This document shows, one piece after another, positions 28,451 to 37,875 of a stretch of DNA of 64,000 nucleotides. Both the position numbers and the translations under genes were made by a program. The stretch's first letter is position 1. The number at the start of each line of letters is the position of its first letter. Where the stretch lies: the NCBI GenBank assembly GCA_965219455.1, contig OZ244744.1:1504001-1568000 (forward strand), in the 5' to 3' direction. The stretch is from Candidatus Latescibacterota bacterium. GTDB lineage: Bacteria; Latescibacterota; UBA2968; GCA-2709665. The notes under the pieces are model-generated. The model searched no databases. It was not told where the DNA came from and saw nothing but the letters and a program-made list of their open reading frames with translations.

Positions 28451-31138
28451 ATGATGCGCCGTTTCATTCTCGTTGTTTCACACCTCCTCTTCGCGTCCAT
28501 GTTGGTCCCGGTCGTGAGTGCCGAAGAGGCCAGCCCCGACACCACCGCGCCCGACACCGCGAAAGTGGACGCCAAAAAGGCCGTGGCGGACTCGAGCGGG
28601 AAAAAAGAAAAGAAAAAGAAGAAGAAAACCTTTGAGGAGGTCACGAAGGACTTCGAAGTGGTCAGGGGTCTCTTTACCGTGTACCGAAAGGACGACGAAG
28701 GCAAAGTATACCTGGAGATCAAGCCCAGGCAGTTCGACAGGCTCTACCTCTGCGCCGTCACCCGCGAGGCGGCCGACGGTTATTTCTTCGACGCCACGGC
28801 CCTGATCCCCAGCTTTATGAACTACGGCTTTCCCTTTATCCTCAAACGCATCGGAAAAAACGTGCAGTTCCTGCACAAAAACGTCTACTTCCGGGCGGAC
28901 GAGGACGCCCCGATCGCCGATGCGGTCCGTCGAAGCGTCACCAATTCCATCCTGAGCGTCGCGAAAATCGTGGAGAGCGAGCCCCATCCGGAAAGGAAGA
29001 GCATCCTCGTGGACGCTGGCGGTTTTTTCCTCAAGGACCTCACCATGGTTGCGGCCGCGTTCAAAGACCGCAAGGTAAAGTACAAGTTCGATGGCAAGAA
29101 CAGCTACTTCGGAAAGGTGAAATCCTTCCCGCTGAACACGGAAATCGAAGTCGTCCTTCACTTCAACACGGCCAACCCCGAATTCGAGGCGTACACCTTC
29201 CCCGACCCACGCAGTTTTCAGCACGTTTACCATTACAGCCTTTCGACGTTGCCCCGGACGAGCTATCGACCCAGGCTGGGAGACGACCGGGTCGGCCACT
29301 TCCATACCATATACCAGGATTACAACACGGTTCAGAAGGAGACTCCGTACACCCGGTACGTGGAACGTTGGAACCTGCAGAAGGAGAATCCCCGGGCAAA
29401 ACTATCGAAACCCAGACAGCCGATCGTCTTCTGGCTGGAAAAGACGGTTCCCGTGAAATACAGGGAAGCCCTGAAGAAAGGCCTCCTGATGTGGAATGAG
29501 GCCTTCAAACGCATCGGCTTCAAGGAAGCCGTCGTGGTCAGGCAGCAGCCGCACGACGCGGATTGGGATGCCGCGGACGCGCGCTACAACATGGTCCGCT
29601 GGTTCGTGAACCCGCGCAGGGTATATGCCCAGGGGCCCTCGCGCGCCAACCCGCTCACGGGTGAACTCTTCAACGCGAGCATCCGTTTCAGCGCCGATTT
29701 TCCACGGTCGATGTTCCGAGAATACGAGGAATTCGTGGACCCCGTAACCGACGCCGGCGGCCCTGTGCCGGCGCAGGATCGAACGAGGGACTATTGGCGG
29801 GGATTCTGCGACTACGCGGAAGGCGTTGCGCACCAGGCCGCCTTTTCCGGAAACCTGCTGGCCGTCCGGGGAGAAATCGACCTTGCGGGGAAGGGCGGCC
29901 AGAAATTCATCAACGACTATCTGACCATGATCGCCGCCCACGAAATGGGGCACACACTGGGCCTTCGGCATAACTTCAGGGCCAGCACCCTGCATCCCAC
30001 GGACCGCCTGCAGGACAAAGAGGCTGTAAAGGACCTGTCCAGTTCGGTAATGGACTACCTGCCCCCCAATATCGCGCCTGAGGGAGAAAAGCAGGGGCAC
30101 TACTTTCCCACGACACTGGGTCCCTACGACAAATGGGCGATCGAATACGCGTACAAGCCCATCGACGCCGAAAGCCCCGAAGCGGAACGGGCGGAATTGG
30201 ACAAAATCGCCGCCAAAGTCGCCGACCCCAGGGTCGCCTACGGCACGGATGAAGACGCCTTCGGGGCGCCCCGCGGCATCGATCCAACGGTCAATCGTTG
30301 GGACCTGGGCGCCGATCCACTGGCTTTCCACGGGAATCGTATCGCCCTTGCGAAAGAACTCTGGCGAAAAATGGAGGGCGCGTTCGAGGTTCCGGGAAGG
30401 CGGTACCAGAAACTGCGGAGGGTGTTCGGACAGGGCCTGACGGAGTACTTACTCGCCGGACGCAATATCACGAAGTACATCGGCGGTATCTATCACCGGC
30501 GCGACCACGTGGGCGACCCCGGCAACCGGCTTCCGTTCAAACCGGTCCAGGCAGCCAGACAACGGGAGGCGTTCGACTTTCTCAAAGCGCACATCTTCGG
30601 TCCGAACGCCTTCACTTTTTCCCCGGAATTGATGCGTAAACTCGCCCCCGAACGCCTCTGGGGCTTCACGGGCGCGGTCTGGCGCATGCAACGTCTCGAC
30701 TATCCGATCCACAGCCGGATTCTGGGCATCCAGCGCGGCCCCCTGAGCGCGCTGTATCATCCGCTGCTGCTGGGCAGGCTGCAGGACATGGAACTCTGGG
30801 CAGGCGGCGACGCATTCGGCATGCCCGAACTCTTCGACGGCCTCCGGGAGGCCATCTGGACGGAACTGGAATCCGGCGGCAACATCAACAGCTTCCGTCG
30901 AAACCTCCAGCGCATGCACCTTGACCACGTCGTTGCCCTCGTCGTGAAACCGCCCCGCGACGCTCCGGCCGACGCCTCCTCGCTGGCGCGCGCCGACCTC
31001 GTGTCCCTGACAACCGCCATCCGGAACGTCCTCTCCAACACCGGGCTGGACCGCCAGACCCGCGCCCACCTGGAGGAGAGCGTCGCGCGCATCGATGCGG
31101 CCCTGGAGGCGGGCGTGCAACGTCACCTGGGAGGGTAG
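28451..31138 (+). CDS. Secreted zinc-dependent metalloprotease (Met-zincin, DUF5117/EcxA-like)
   Basis: Signal peptide, DDRVGHF, HEMGHTLGLRHNF, SSVMDY, GPYDKWAIEYAY. Confidence 0.92.
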   Translation: MMRRFILVVSHLLFASMLVPVVSAEEASPDTTAPDTAKVDAKKAVADSSGKKEKKKKKKTFEEVTKDFEVVRGLFTVYRKDDEGKVYLEIKPRQFDRLYLCAVTREAADGYFFDATALIPSFMNYGFPFILKRIGKNVQFLHKNVYFRADEDAPIADAVRRSVTNSILSVAKIVESEPHPERKSILVDAGGFFLKDLTMVAAAFKDRKVKYKFDGKNSYFGKVKSFPLNTEIEVVLHFNTANPEFEAYTFPDPRSFQHVYHYSLSTLPRTSYRPRLGDDRVGHFHTIYQDYNTVQKETPYTRYVERWNLQKENPRAKLSKPRQPIVFWLEKTVPVKYREALKKGLLMWNEAFKRIGFKEAVVVRQQPHDADWDAADARYNMVRWFVNPRRVYAQGPSRANPLTGELFNASIRFSADFPRSMFREYEEFVDPVTDAGGPVPAQDRTRDYWRGFCDYAEGVAHQAAFSGNLLAVRGEIDLAGKGGQKFINDYLTMIAAHEMGHTLGLRHNFRASTLHPTDRLQDKEAVKDLSSSVMDYLPPNIAPEGEKQGHYFPTTLGPYDKWAIEYAYKPIDAESPEAERAELDKIAAKVADPRVAYGTDEDAFGAPRGIDPTVNRWDLGADPLAFHGNRIALAKELWRKMEGAFEVPGRRYQKLRRVFGQGLTEYLLAGRNITKYIGGIYHRRDHVGDPGNRLPFKPVQAARQREAFDFLKAHIFGPNAFTFSPELMRKLAPERLWGFTGAVWRMQRLDYPIHSRILGIQRGPLSALYHPLLLGRLQDMELWAGGDAFGMPELFDGLREAIWTELESGGNINSFRRNLQRMHLDHVVALVVKPPRDAPADASSLARADLVSLTTAIRNVLSNTGLDRQTRAHLEESVARIDAALEAGVQRHLGG

Positions 31139-31197
31139 GAATCCCCAAAGCTGGTATCGCACGGCAACTTCACCGCGTGCCGATCAACGGAGCGACT

Positions 31198-32550
31198 ATG
31201 CCAAAATCCTCTGATATCCGTATCCGCAACGTCGAACTCGACTTTGAAGCATACCCCTACCGTACCCCGCTCAAATTCGGGGGCGTGGTCACAACCCACT
31301 GCAAGTTGATGAACGTTTCCATCGACGTCGAAAACGGAGCGGGCGCCGTGGCTTCCGGTTTCGGATCCATGCCCCTGGGCAATGCCTGGTCCTTTCCCTC
31401 TCAGACCGTCGGATTCGAGGACTCGATGCAGGCGATGGTCCGGCTCGGCGAACGTATGGTTGCTGACACACGCACCCACCGCGACAGCGGGCATCCCATC
31501 GACACCATGGCGGATCTGGAATCTCGGTTTCTCGACCTCGCCGTGGAAACCGGCGGGGAATTGAACCTGGCGGAGCCCATTCCCAGGCTCTGTACCCTGG
31601 TTACCGCCAGCCCCATCGACGCCGCGCTGCACGACGCCTACGGAAAGGTCAACCGAATCAACGCCTACGACGGTCTCTCCGCCGAATGGATGAACCACGA
31701 CCTGGCCCGATATCTCAACGAGGACTTCAGCGGCGAATATCCGGACCGGTACACCCTGCGGAACCCCAAGCCGCGGATGCCGATCTACCACCTCGTCGGC
31801 GCCCTCGATCCACTCACCGACGCGGACGTCGAGCAGCGCCTGGGCGACGGCCTGCCCGAGACCCTTCCCGAATGGATCCGCGCGGACGGCCTGACCCACC
31901 TGAAAGTCAAACTCAATGGCGACGACCTGGCCTGGGACGTGGACCGCGTGTGCGATATCGACGCCGTCACCGCCCGGACACAGGCCGATCGCGGCGTTTC
32001 GGACTGGTCCTATTCGCTGGACTTCAACGAGAAATGCCGCGACGTGGGCTACCTCCTGGACTTCCTCGCGCAAATACGGGAAAAAAGGGGTGGCGCCTTC
32101 GAACGCGTGGCCTATATCGAGCAGCCCACCGCCCGCGACCTCCGCGCCAACCCGGAGAACAAAATGCACGAAGCCGCCGGAATCCGGCCCGTGGTGATCG
32201 ACGAATCCCTCGAGGATTTTGAGAGCCTGCTGCTGGCCCGCGACCTCGGGTATTCCGGCGTGGCGCTCAAGACCTGCAAGGGTCAGTCGCAGGCCCTGTT
32301 GATGGGCGCCGCCGCGAAGAAATACGGCATGTTTCTATGCGTGCAGGACCTCACCTGCCCCGGCGCCTCGTTTCTGCACTCCGCAGGCCTGGCCGCGCGC
32401 GTGCCCACGGTGACGGCCATCGAGGGTAACGCGCGACAATACTGCCCCGATGCCAACGGCATTTGGGCGGATCGCTATCCCACGGTCTTTAATATTACGG
32501 ACGGCTCCGTGGATACATCCGGACTGACGGGTAACGGCTTGGGACATTGA
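31198..32550 (+). CDS. Enolase superfamily (mandelate racemase-like) enzyme
   Basis: HLKVKL, LDFNE, YIEQP, VVIDES, ALKTCKG. Confidence 0.88.
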   Translation: MPKSSDIRIRNVELDFEAYPYRTPLKFGGVVTTHCKLMNVSIDVENGAGAVASGFGSMPLGNAWSFPSQTVGFEDSMQAMVRLGERMVADTRTHRDSGHPIDTMADLESRFLDLAVETGGELNLAEPIPRLCTLVTASPIDAALHDAYGKVNRINAYDGLSAEWMNHDLARYLNEDFSGEYPDRYTLRNPKPRMPIYHLVGALDPLTDADVEQRLGDGLPETLPEWIRADGLTHLKVKLNGDDLAWDVDRVCDIDAVTARTQADRGVSDWSYSLDFNEKCRDVGYLLDFLAQIREKRGGAFERVAYIEQPTARDLRANPENKMHEAAGIRPVVIDESLEDFESLLLARDLGYSGVALKTCKGQSQALLMGAAAKKYGMFLCVQDLTCPGASFLHSAGLAARVPTVTAIEGNARQYCPDANGIWADRYPTVFNITDGSVDTSGLTGNGLGH

Positions 32551-32680
32551 CGGGCGGAATCGGGATTCATCCCCGTGGCGGACCAGGGTCCCCCCATAAC
32601 CGGTCATATCCGCCATAAAAAATCTCCAGTGGATGCGCGTTGGACAGGTTGCGCCGGCATCCAGCGCAAAGGATACGCTC

Positions 32681-33691
32681 ATGAAGGCCAGACAGCTCGT
32701 TTTCTCCGGAAAAATGGTGGTCGAAACCGTCGACGTCGAAGTCAGGGACACCCCGGGACCCGGCGAAGTCCTGGTCGAAAACCTATACGGCCTCATCAGC
32801 CCCGGCACCGAACTGGCGATGTTCACGCAGACACACGTGGGTTTCCCACTGCGGGACTTCGCCTATGCCAAATACCCCTTCTACCCCGGATACGCCTCCG
32901 TGGGCCGGGTGCTGCTTGCGGGCCGGGACGTCGATACCGTCCAGGAAGGCGACCTGGTTTACGTGAGGGGAAAGCACGCCTCCCATTCTCTCGTCTCTTC
33001 GCGCCGGGCCCCGCTGAAGCTACCTGACAACCTGGCGATTGAACATGCTCCGTTCGCGGTACTCGCACAGATTGCATTAACGGCCGTGCGTCTTTCAAGC
33101 GTCCGCCTCGGCCATACCGTCGCCGTGTTCGGCCAGGGTCTCATCGGCAACCTGGCGGCACAGTTGATGACTCTGTCAGGCGCTCGCCGGGTCATCGGCA
33201 TCGATTCGGTTCCGGAGCGGCTCGCCATCTCGAAGGCCTGCGGCATCGCCGCCGGCGTCAACCCGGAAACGGAGAACCTGCAGGATCGCGTCAACGCGCT
33301 CACCAACGGGGCGGGCTGCCAGATCGTGGTTGAAGCCACGGGCAACCCGGAGGTGGCCCCACAGGCCATCAGGGCAGCCGCCCAGATGGGACAGGTCATC
33401 CTTTTGGGCAGCCCGCGCGGCAGCGCCGAAATCGACCTCTATTTCGATCTTCACCGCACCGGCGTGTCCGTAATCGGCGCGCACGGCTCCAGGCAGGTCG
33501 ACGCGACGCAATTCGGCGACCCGGACCCCGACGAACTCATGCTGGACTTTATCGCCCGCGAGCGCCTGAAAGTCGGCCCCCTGCTCACCCACGTCCTGCC
33601 GGCCTCCCGGGCCGCCACGGCATACCGGGGCCTCCTGCAAGAAAAAGACGCCTATCTCGGCGTCCTCCTGGACCTCACCCGCTGGGAGTAA
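32681..33691 (+). CDS. MDR-family (Zn-binding type) alcohol dehydrogenase
   Basis: ISPGTE, PGYASVG, GQGLIG, EATG. Confidence 0.88.
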   Translation: MKARQLVFSGKMVVETVDVEVRDTPGPGEVLVENLYGLISPGTELAMFTQTHVGFPLRDFAYAKYPFYPGYASVGRVLLAGRDVDTVQEGDLVYVRGKHASHSLVSSRRAPLKLPDNLAIEHAPFAVLAQIALTAVRLSSVRLGHTVAVFGQGLIGNLAAQLMTLSGARRVIGIDSVPERLAISKACGIAAGVNPETENLQDRVNALTNGAGCQIVVEATGNPEVAPQAIRAAAQMGQVILLGSPRGSAEIDLYFDLHRTGVSVIGAHGSRQVDATQFGDPDPDELMLDFIARERLKVGPLLTHVLPASRAATAYRGLLQEKDAYLGVLLDLTRWE

Positions 33692-33698
33692 GGCGCGC

Positions 33699-34982
33699 AT
33701 GCGAATCGTCCACGCAGATCTGGAACTGCAGCGACAACCCTTCGCCAGGCCCTTCGCGTTCAAGGGCGCGGCCTTCCACGAAAAGTGGAACCTGATCGTA
33801 AGGCTCCGGGACGAAGACGGTACCGAGGCCGTGGGCGTGGGCGGCACGGCCGTGCTCTGGTCCGACCCCGACGTGTTTTCGAATCATACCGAAGTCGGCG
33901 GCAATATCCTCATGTCCGCGCTTCTGGAATTCGCGCTTCAGCAGGCGGTGAACCGCGAATTCGCGGACCCGCCCTCCCTGTTGTCGGAACTCGTCCCGCA
34001 GGTGCACGACTACGGCAAGACCGTCACCGCCAACCCCGGGCTGCGCCTTACGTTTACGCTCATCGCCCTGGTCGCCCTGGACAACGCCGCGTGGATGCTC
34101 CACGCGAAGCGTAACGGGATCACAACGTTCGACAATCTCATACCGGGTGCGTTCCGCCCCTTTTTCACGAGCCGCCAGACCCATCTGGGCGTGGCCCCCG
34201 CCGCAGGCTACACGATGCCGTTGGACGAACTGAAAGCCATCCTGGATACCGGCGTCTACATCCTGAAGATCAAGATCGGCCATCCGGGCGCGGAGGCGGA
34301 CATGGTCCGAAAGGACATCGCGTGGCTCAACCGCATCCATGGTGTTGCACGGGGTTACGAATCGCCGATGACGGATTCCGGGAACGTTCTCTACTATCTC
34401 GACGCGAACGCACGATACGCCAAGAAAGAAACCATGGCCCGCCTGCTGGACCACACTTGGAAAACCGGTATTCACGAGCACCTCGTTCTCATCGAAGAGC
34501 CCTTTAAGGATCCCGATGAGATCGACGTGGGCGACCTGCCGGCCCGTTTCGCGGCGGACGAGAGCGTACAGACCGAGGAGGACGTGTACACCCGGACCCA
34601 CCAGGGGTACGGGGCCATCGCCATCAAGCCCGCGGGCAAGACCCTCTCGCTTGCGTTCCGGATGGTCCGCGCCGCGGCGGAGGCCGGCGTGCCGTGTTTC
34701 GTAGCCGACAACGGATGCATTCCCCTCCTGGTGGAGTGGAACAAGAACATCGCTGCCCGCCTGCCGACGTTCCCCGGTATCAAGGGCGGGTTCATCGAAT
34801 CCAACGGCCCGGAAAGTTACGGCAACTGGGCCGATCTGCTTTCGGCGTACCCCGTCCCCAACGCGCCCTGGCTCACGCCCAGGTCCGGCGCCTTTGTCCT
34901 GGACGAAGACTACTACCGGCGCAGCGGCGGCGTGTTTCTCGATCCGGTACCCTACGCCGGGATGTTCCGTTCAAACGCCTGA
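33699..34982 (+). CDS. Enolase superfamily enzyme (epimerase-like)
   Basis: LKIKIG, YLDAN, IEEP, AADES, AIKP. Confidence 0.85.
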   Translation: MRIVHADLELQRQPFARPFAFKGAAFHEKWNLIVRLRDEDGTEAVGVGGTAVLWSDPDVFSNHTEVGGNILMSALLEFALQQAVNREFADPPSLLSELVPQVHDYGKTVTANPGLRLTFTLIALVALDNAAWMLHAKRNGITTFDNLIPGAFRPFFTSRQTHLGVAPAAGYTMPLDELKAILDTGVYILKIKIGHPGAEADMVRKDIAWLNRIHGVARGYESPMTDSGNVLYYLDANARYAKKETMARLLDHTWKTGIHEHLVLIEEPFKDPDEIDVGDLPARFAADESVQTEEDVYTRTHQGYGAIAIKPAGKTLSLAFRMVRAAAEAGVPCFVADNGCIPLLVEWNKNIAARLPTFPGIKGGFIESNGPESYGNWADLLSAYPVPNAPWLTPRSGAFVLDEDYYRRSGGVFLDPVPYAGMFRSNA

Positions 34983-35065
34983 TCCACGATTGCTTCGTCA
35001 GGCCCGTACGGCGCAGCGCAACCGGAGACCCCCGCCGCCGTGGGGCGGTAATCGACCTCTAAACG

Positions 35066-36715
35066 ATGGAGTATGCCATGCAATCGCCTCACGGTATCGC
35101 CCACCACGCCTTTCGCCCATCGGTGATGGGAAAGAACGGGCTTGTTGCCTCCGGCCATCCCCTGGCATCCCAGGCCGGCATCAGCACGCTCATGGCCGGC
35201 GGCAACGCCATCGACGCCGCGGTTGCGACGGCCGCCGCGCTTGGCGTGGTCGAACCCGCTGCATCGGGCGTGGGAGGCGACGGTTTTCTGCTCATCTACC
35301 GGTCCGATACCGGCCGCGTCTCGGCCGTCAACGCCACCGGCGCCGCCCCCGGGGCGGCCACCCGAGAAATCTATCTGAAACGGGGCGGTATCCCCATGAA
35401 GGGCATTCTGAGCGTCTCCGTCCCCGGCCTGGTGGACGGCTGGCTCATCGCCCACGAGCGCCACGGCATTCTCGACCTCGAACGGGTCCTGGATCCCGCC
35501 GTCTCCTTTTGCGAAAACGGATTTCCCGTCAGCCACAAATTGTCCGGCAGCCTTGCCGGCCGGACCGCGGGCTTTGCCTCGGACCCGTTCACCCGCGACG
35601 TGCTTACAAAGGACGGCCAACCCCTCGCCCCCGGCGACGTCCTTCGCCAGAACGACCTGGGCGCCACGCTGCGCCGGATCGCCGCCGATGGCCGGACGGC
35701 CCTGTACGAAGGCGACGTCGCGGAGGCCATCGTCGCATTCAGCCAAGCCCGCGGCGGCCTGCTCACCCGTGAAGACCTGGCGAACCACCACGCCCGGTGG
35801 GACGATCCGATTCAAACCACGTACCGCGGCCACACCGTCTATGAGATGCCGCCAAATTCCAGCGGCCATATTCTGCTCCAGGAACTCAATATCGTCGAGC
35901 GTTTCGATCTGCAAACCCTTGGCTGCAACTCGGCCGGGTGCATCCATCTGATGGTGGAGGCCAAAAAGCTCGCGTTTTCGGACAGAGAAGCCTATGTTGC
36001 CGATCCCGATTGGCTGGATATCCCGCTCAAGGGCCTCCTCTCCAAAGCCTACGCGGAACAGCAGGCGCGGCGTATCGACCTCAATCGCGCGGCAACCGAC
36101 GTTCCCGCCGGGCGGCCCGAATCCCATGAAGACACCACCTGCTTCTGTACGGCCGACAGGTGGGGAAACGCCGTCTGCGTGCTACAATCCATCCAGTCCG
36201 GATTCGGCTCCGGTCTGATCGCCGGAAACACGGGCATCCTTCTCAACAACCGGATGACGTACTGGCATCTGGAGGAAGACCACCCCAACTGCCTCAGACC
36301 CGGCAAACGGGTACGACACACCATGAACCCCGTCATCGTGACGCGGAACAACAAGCCCGTTCTCGTGTGCGGAACGCCGGGCGCGGACACCCAGGTACAG
36401 ACCAATCTCCAACTCATCACGCACATTCTGGATTTTGGCATGACCCCGCAGGAGGCCGTGGAGGCGCCCCGGTGGCGCAGCTTGCAGAACCCGATGGAGT
36501 CCACCGTACCGCATACCTGCGAGGACGTGCTGCAGCTCGAGGGCCGGTTTTCCGCAGACGTCCGCGAGGGCCTCGCCCAGCGGGGCCACGACCTTCGGAT
36601 CCTGGGCGACTGGGACGGCCCCGGCAGCGCCCAGGCGATCCGCATTCTCCCCGAAACCAACACGCTCATCGGCGGGTCGGACCCGCGTCGGGACGGCTAT
36701 GCCGCGGCCTGGTGA
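35066..36715 (+). CDS. ggt: Gamma-glutamyltransferase family protein
   Basis: GGNAIDAAVA, GVGGDGF, VPG, DTT nucleophile, PGKR.RHTMNP, GTPG, DPRRDG. Confidence 0.9.
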   Translation: MEYAMQSPHGIAHHAFRPSVMGKNGLVASGHPLASQAGISTLMAGGNAIDAAVATAAALGVVEPAASGVGGDGFLLIYRSDTGRVSAVNATGAAPGAATREIYLKRGGIPMKGILSVSVPGLVDGWLIAHERHGILDLERVLDPAVSFCENGFPVSHKLSGSLAGRTAGFASDPFTRDVLTKDGQPLAPGDVLRQNDLGATLRRIAADGRTALYEGDVAEAIVAFSQARGGLLTREDLANHHARWDDPIQTTYRGHTVYEMPPNSSGHILLQELNIVERFDLQTLGCNSAGCIHLMVEAKKLAFSDREAYVADPDWLDIPLKGLLSKAYAEQQARRIDLNRAATDVPAGRPESHEDTTCFCTADRWGNAVCVLQSIQSGFGSGLIAGNTGILLNNRMTYWHLEEDHPNCLRPGKRVRHTMNPVIVTRNNKPVLVCGTPGADTQVQTNLQLITHILDFGMTPQEAVEAPRWRSLQNPMESTVPHTCEDVLQLEGRFSADVREGLAQRGHDLRILGDWDGPGSAQAIRILPETNTLIGGSDPRRDGYAAAW

Positions 36716-36732
36716 ACGGTCGGAGAGCCTAG

Positions 36733-36891
36733 CAGCCCGTTGAAAAAGTCCATCCGGGCTGCGGCCGGCTCTTGTGGCCGAATTACTGCGTTGCACTCCC
36801 TCCCCGAATCCCCGATTCAACTCGGTCGCGCGCCTTGTCTTCGGTCACAATGGCTCGGCCTCGCCTGCAGAGCAACTTTATCAACGGACTG
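36733..36891. mobile_element. 159-bp MITE, family A copy 1 (IS5-like ends)
   Basis: TIR CAGCCCGTTGAAAAAG / CTTTATCAACGGACTG, flanks CTAG/ATAG, ~93% identical to 54303..54461. Confidence 0.85.
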
Positions 36892-36906
36892 ATAGAGGAG
36901 CATCCC

Positions 36907-37701
36907 ATGTCACGTTACGAAGATTTCCAGAGGGACGGCTACTTCATCCACTCCCGGCCGGTGATTCCCGGAGACCTCGTCCGACTCGCAATGGAAGGCG
37001 TGGACGACGTGCTGGCGGGCCGGTACGAAACGGGGATTCCGCCGCAGCCCTCCTACTGGAATCCCGGCGACGACCCGAACAAGCTGGGCAAGGTCGAAAT
37101 GCCCCAGCTAGCCAATCGCGCCATTAGGGAACTTGTCAGCCACCCGAACCTCGGCAGCCTTGCCGCGGAAGTCACCGGTGCAAAACGGGTCCAGGTCTGG
37201 TGGGTCCAACTCCTTTCCAAGCCCCCCGCGAGTATGGACGCGGGATCCGGCGTGAGCGTCGGCTGGCACCAGGATCGGCAATATTGGAAAGCCTGGAAAG
37301 AGGGAAGCGAGCTGTTCACCGCGTGGGTCGCCGTATCCGACGTGGGACCCGACACGGGCCCCATGGCCTTCGTGAAGGGCTCCCACAAATGGGGTCTGCT
37401 CAACCAGGGCGCCTTTTACATCGACAACAGCGACGACATCGAGATGCAGCGCGACCAGATCACGCTTCCCCTGGGCGAAACGTGGCGGGAGGTCGAAGCC
37501 ACTATGTCCCCCGGCGGCGTTTCGTTCCACCATTGCCTCACCTTCCACGGCAGCCGCCCCAACCGCTCAGGCGTGCCGCGGCGGAGTTTCGCCATCCACA
37601 TGCGTACGGAGAATTCATACCCCGTCTCCCAACCGGAAGGCACCCTCGCCCAGTTCATCCATAACACGGAAACCTGTCCCGTGGTTTACGGACACGAATA
37701 A
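36907..37701 (+). CDS. Phytanoyl-CoA dioxygenase (PhyH) family Fe/2OG enzyme
   Basis: WHQD, TAWVAVSD, GSHKWG, HGSRPN..RRS; GAGGAG SD. Confidence 0.9.
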   Translation: MSRYEDFQRDGYFIHSRPVIPGDLVRLAMEGVDDVLAGRYETGIPPQPSYWNPGDDPNKLGKVEMPQLANRAIRELVSHPNLGSLAAEVTGAKRVQVWWVQLLSKPPASMDAGSGVSVGWHQDRQYWKAWKEGSELFTAWVAVSDVGPDTGPMAFVKGSHKWGLLNQGAFYIDNSDDIEMQRDQITLPLGETWREVEATMSPGGVSFHHCLTFHGSRPNRSGVPRRSFAIHMRTENSYPVSQPEGTLAQFIHNTETCPVVYGHE

Positions 37702-37767
37702 TCCCATTCGCGTCCCTCAATCTGATAGGGTCGGCCGGCGCTTCGCCAGCAGGCACGACTCTCACAA

Positions 37768-37809
37768 AAGAAAACGCAACGGCAGTAAATCCTGCCGTTG
37801 CGTTTTCTT
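37768..37809. terminator. Bidirectional intrinsic terminator
   Basis: Perfect 18-bp inverted repeat AAGAAAACGCAACGGCAG / CTGCCGTTGCGTTTTCTT between convergent genes. Confidence 0.8.
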
Positions 37810-37875
37810 GTGTTTCGTTCAACGTGAACCGACGCGGCGGTCCCGCCCGCGTTGTTCCTTATCGGCAATGACGAC

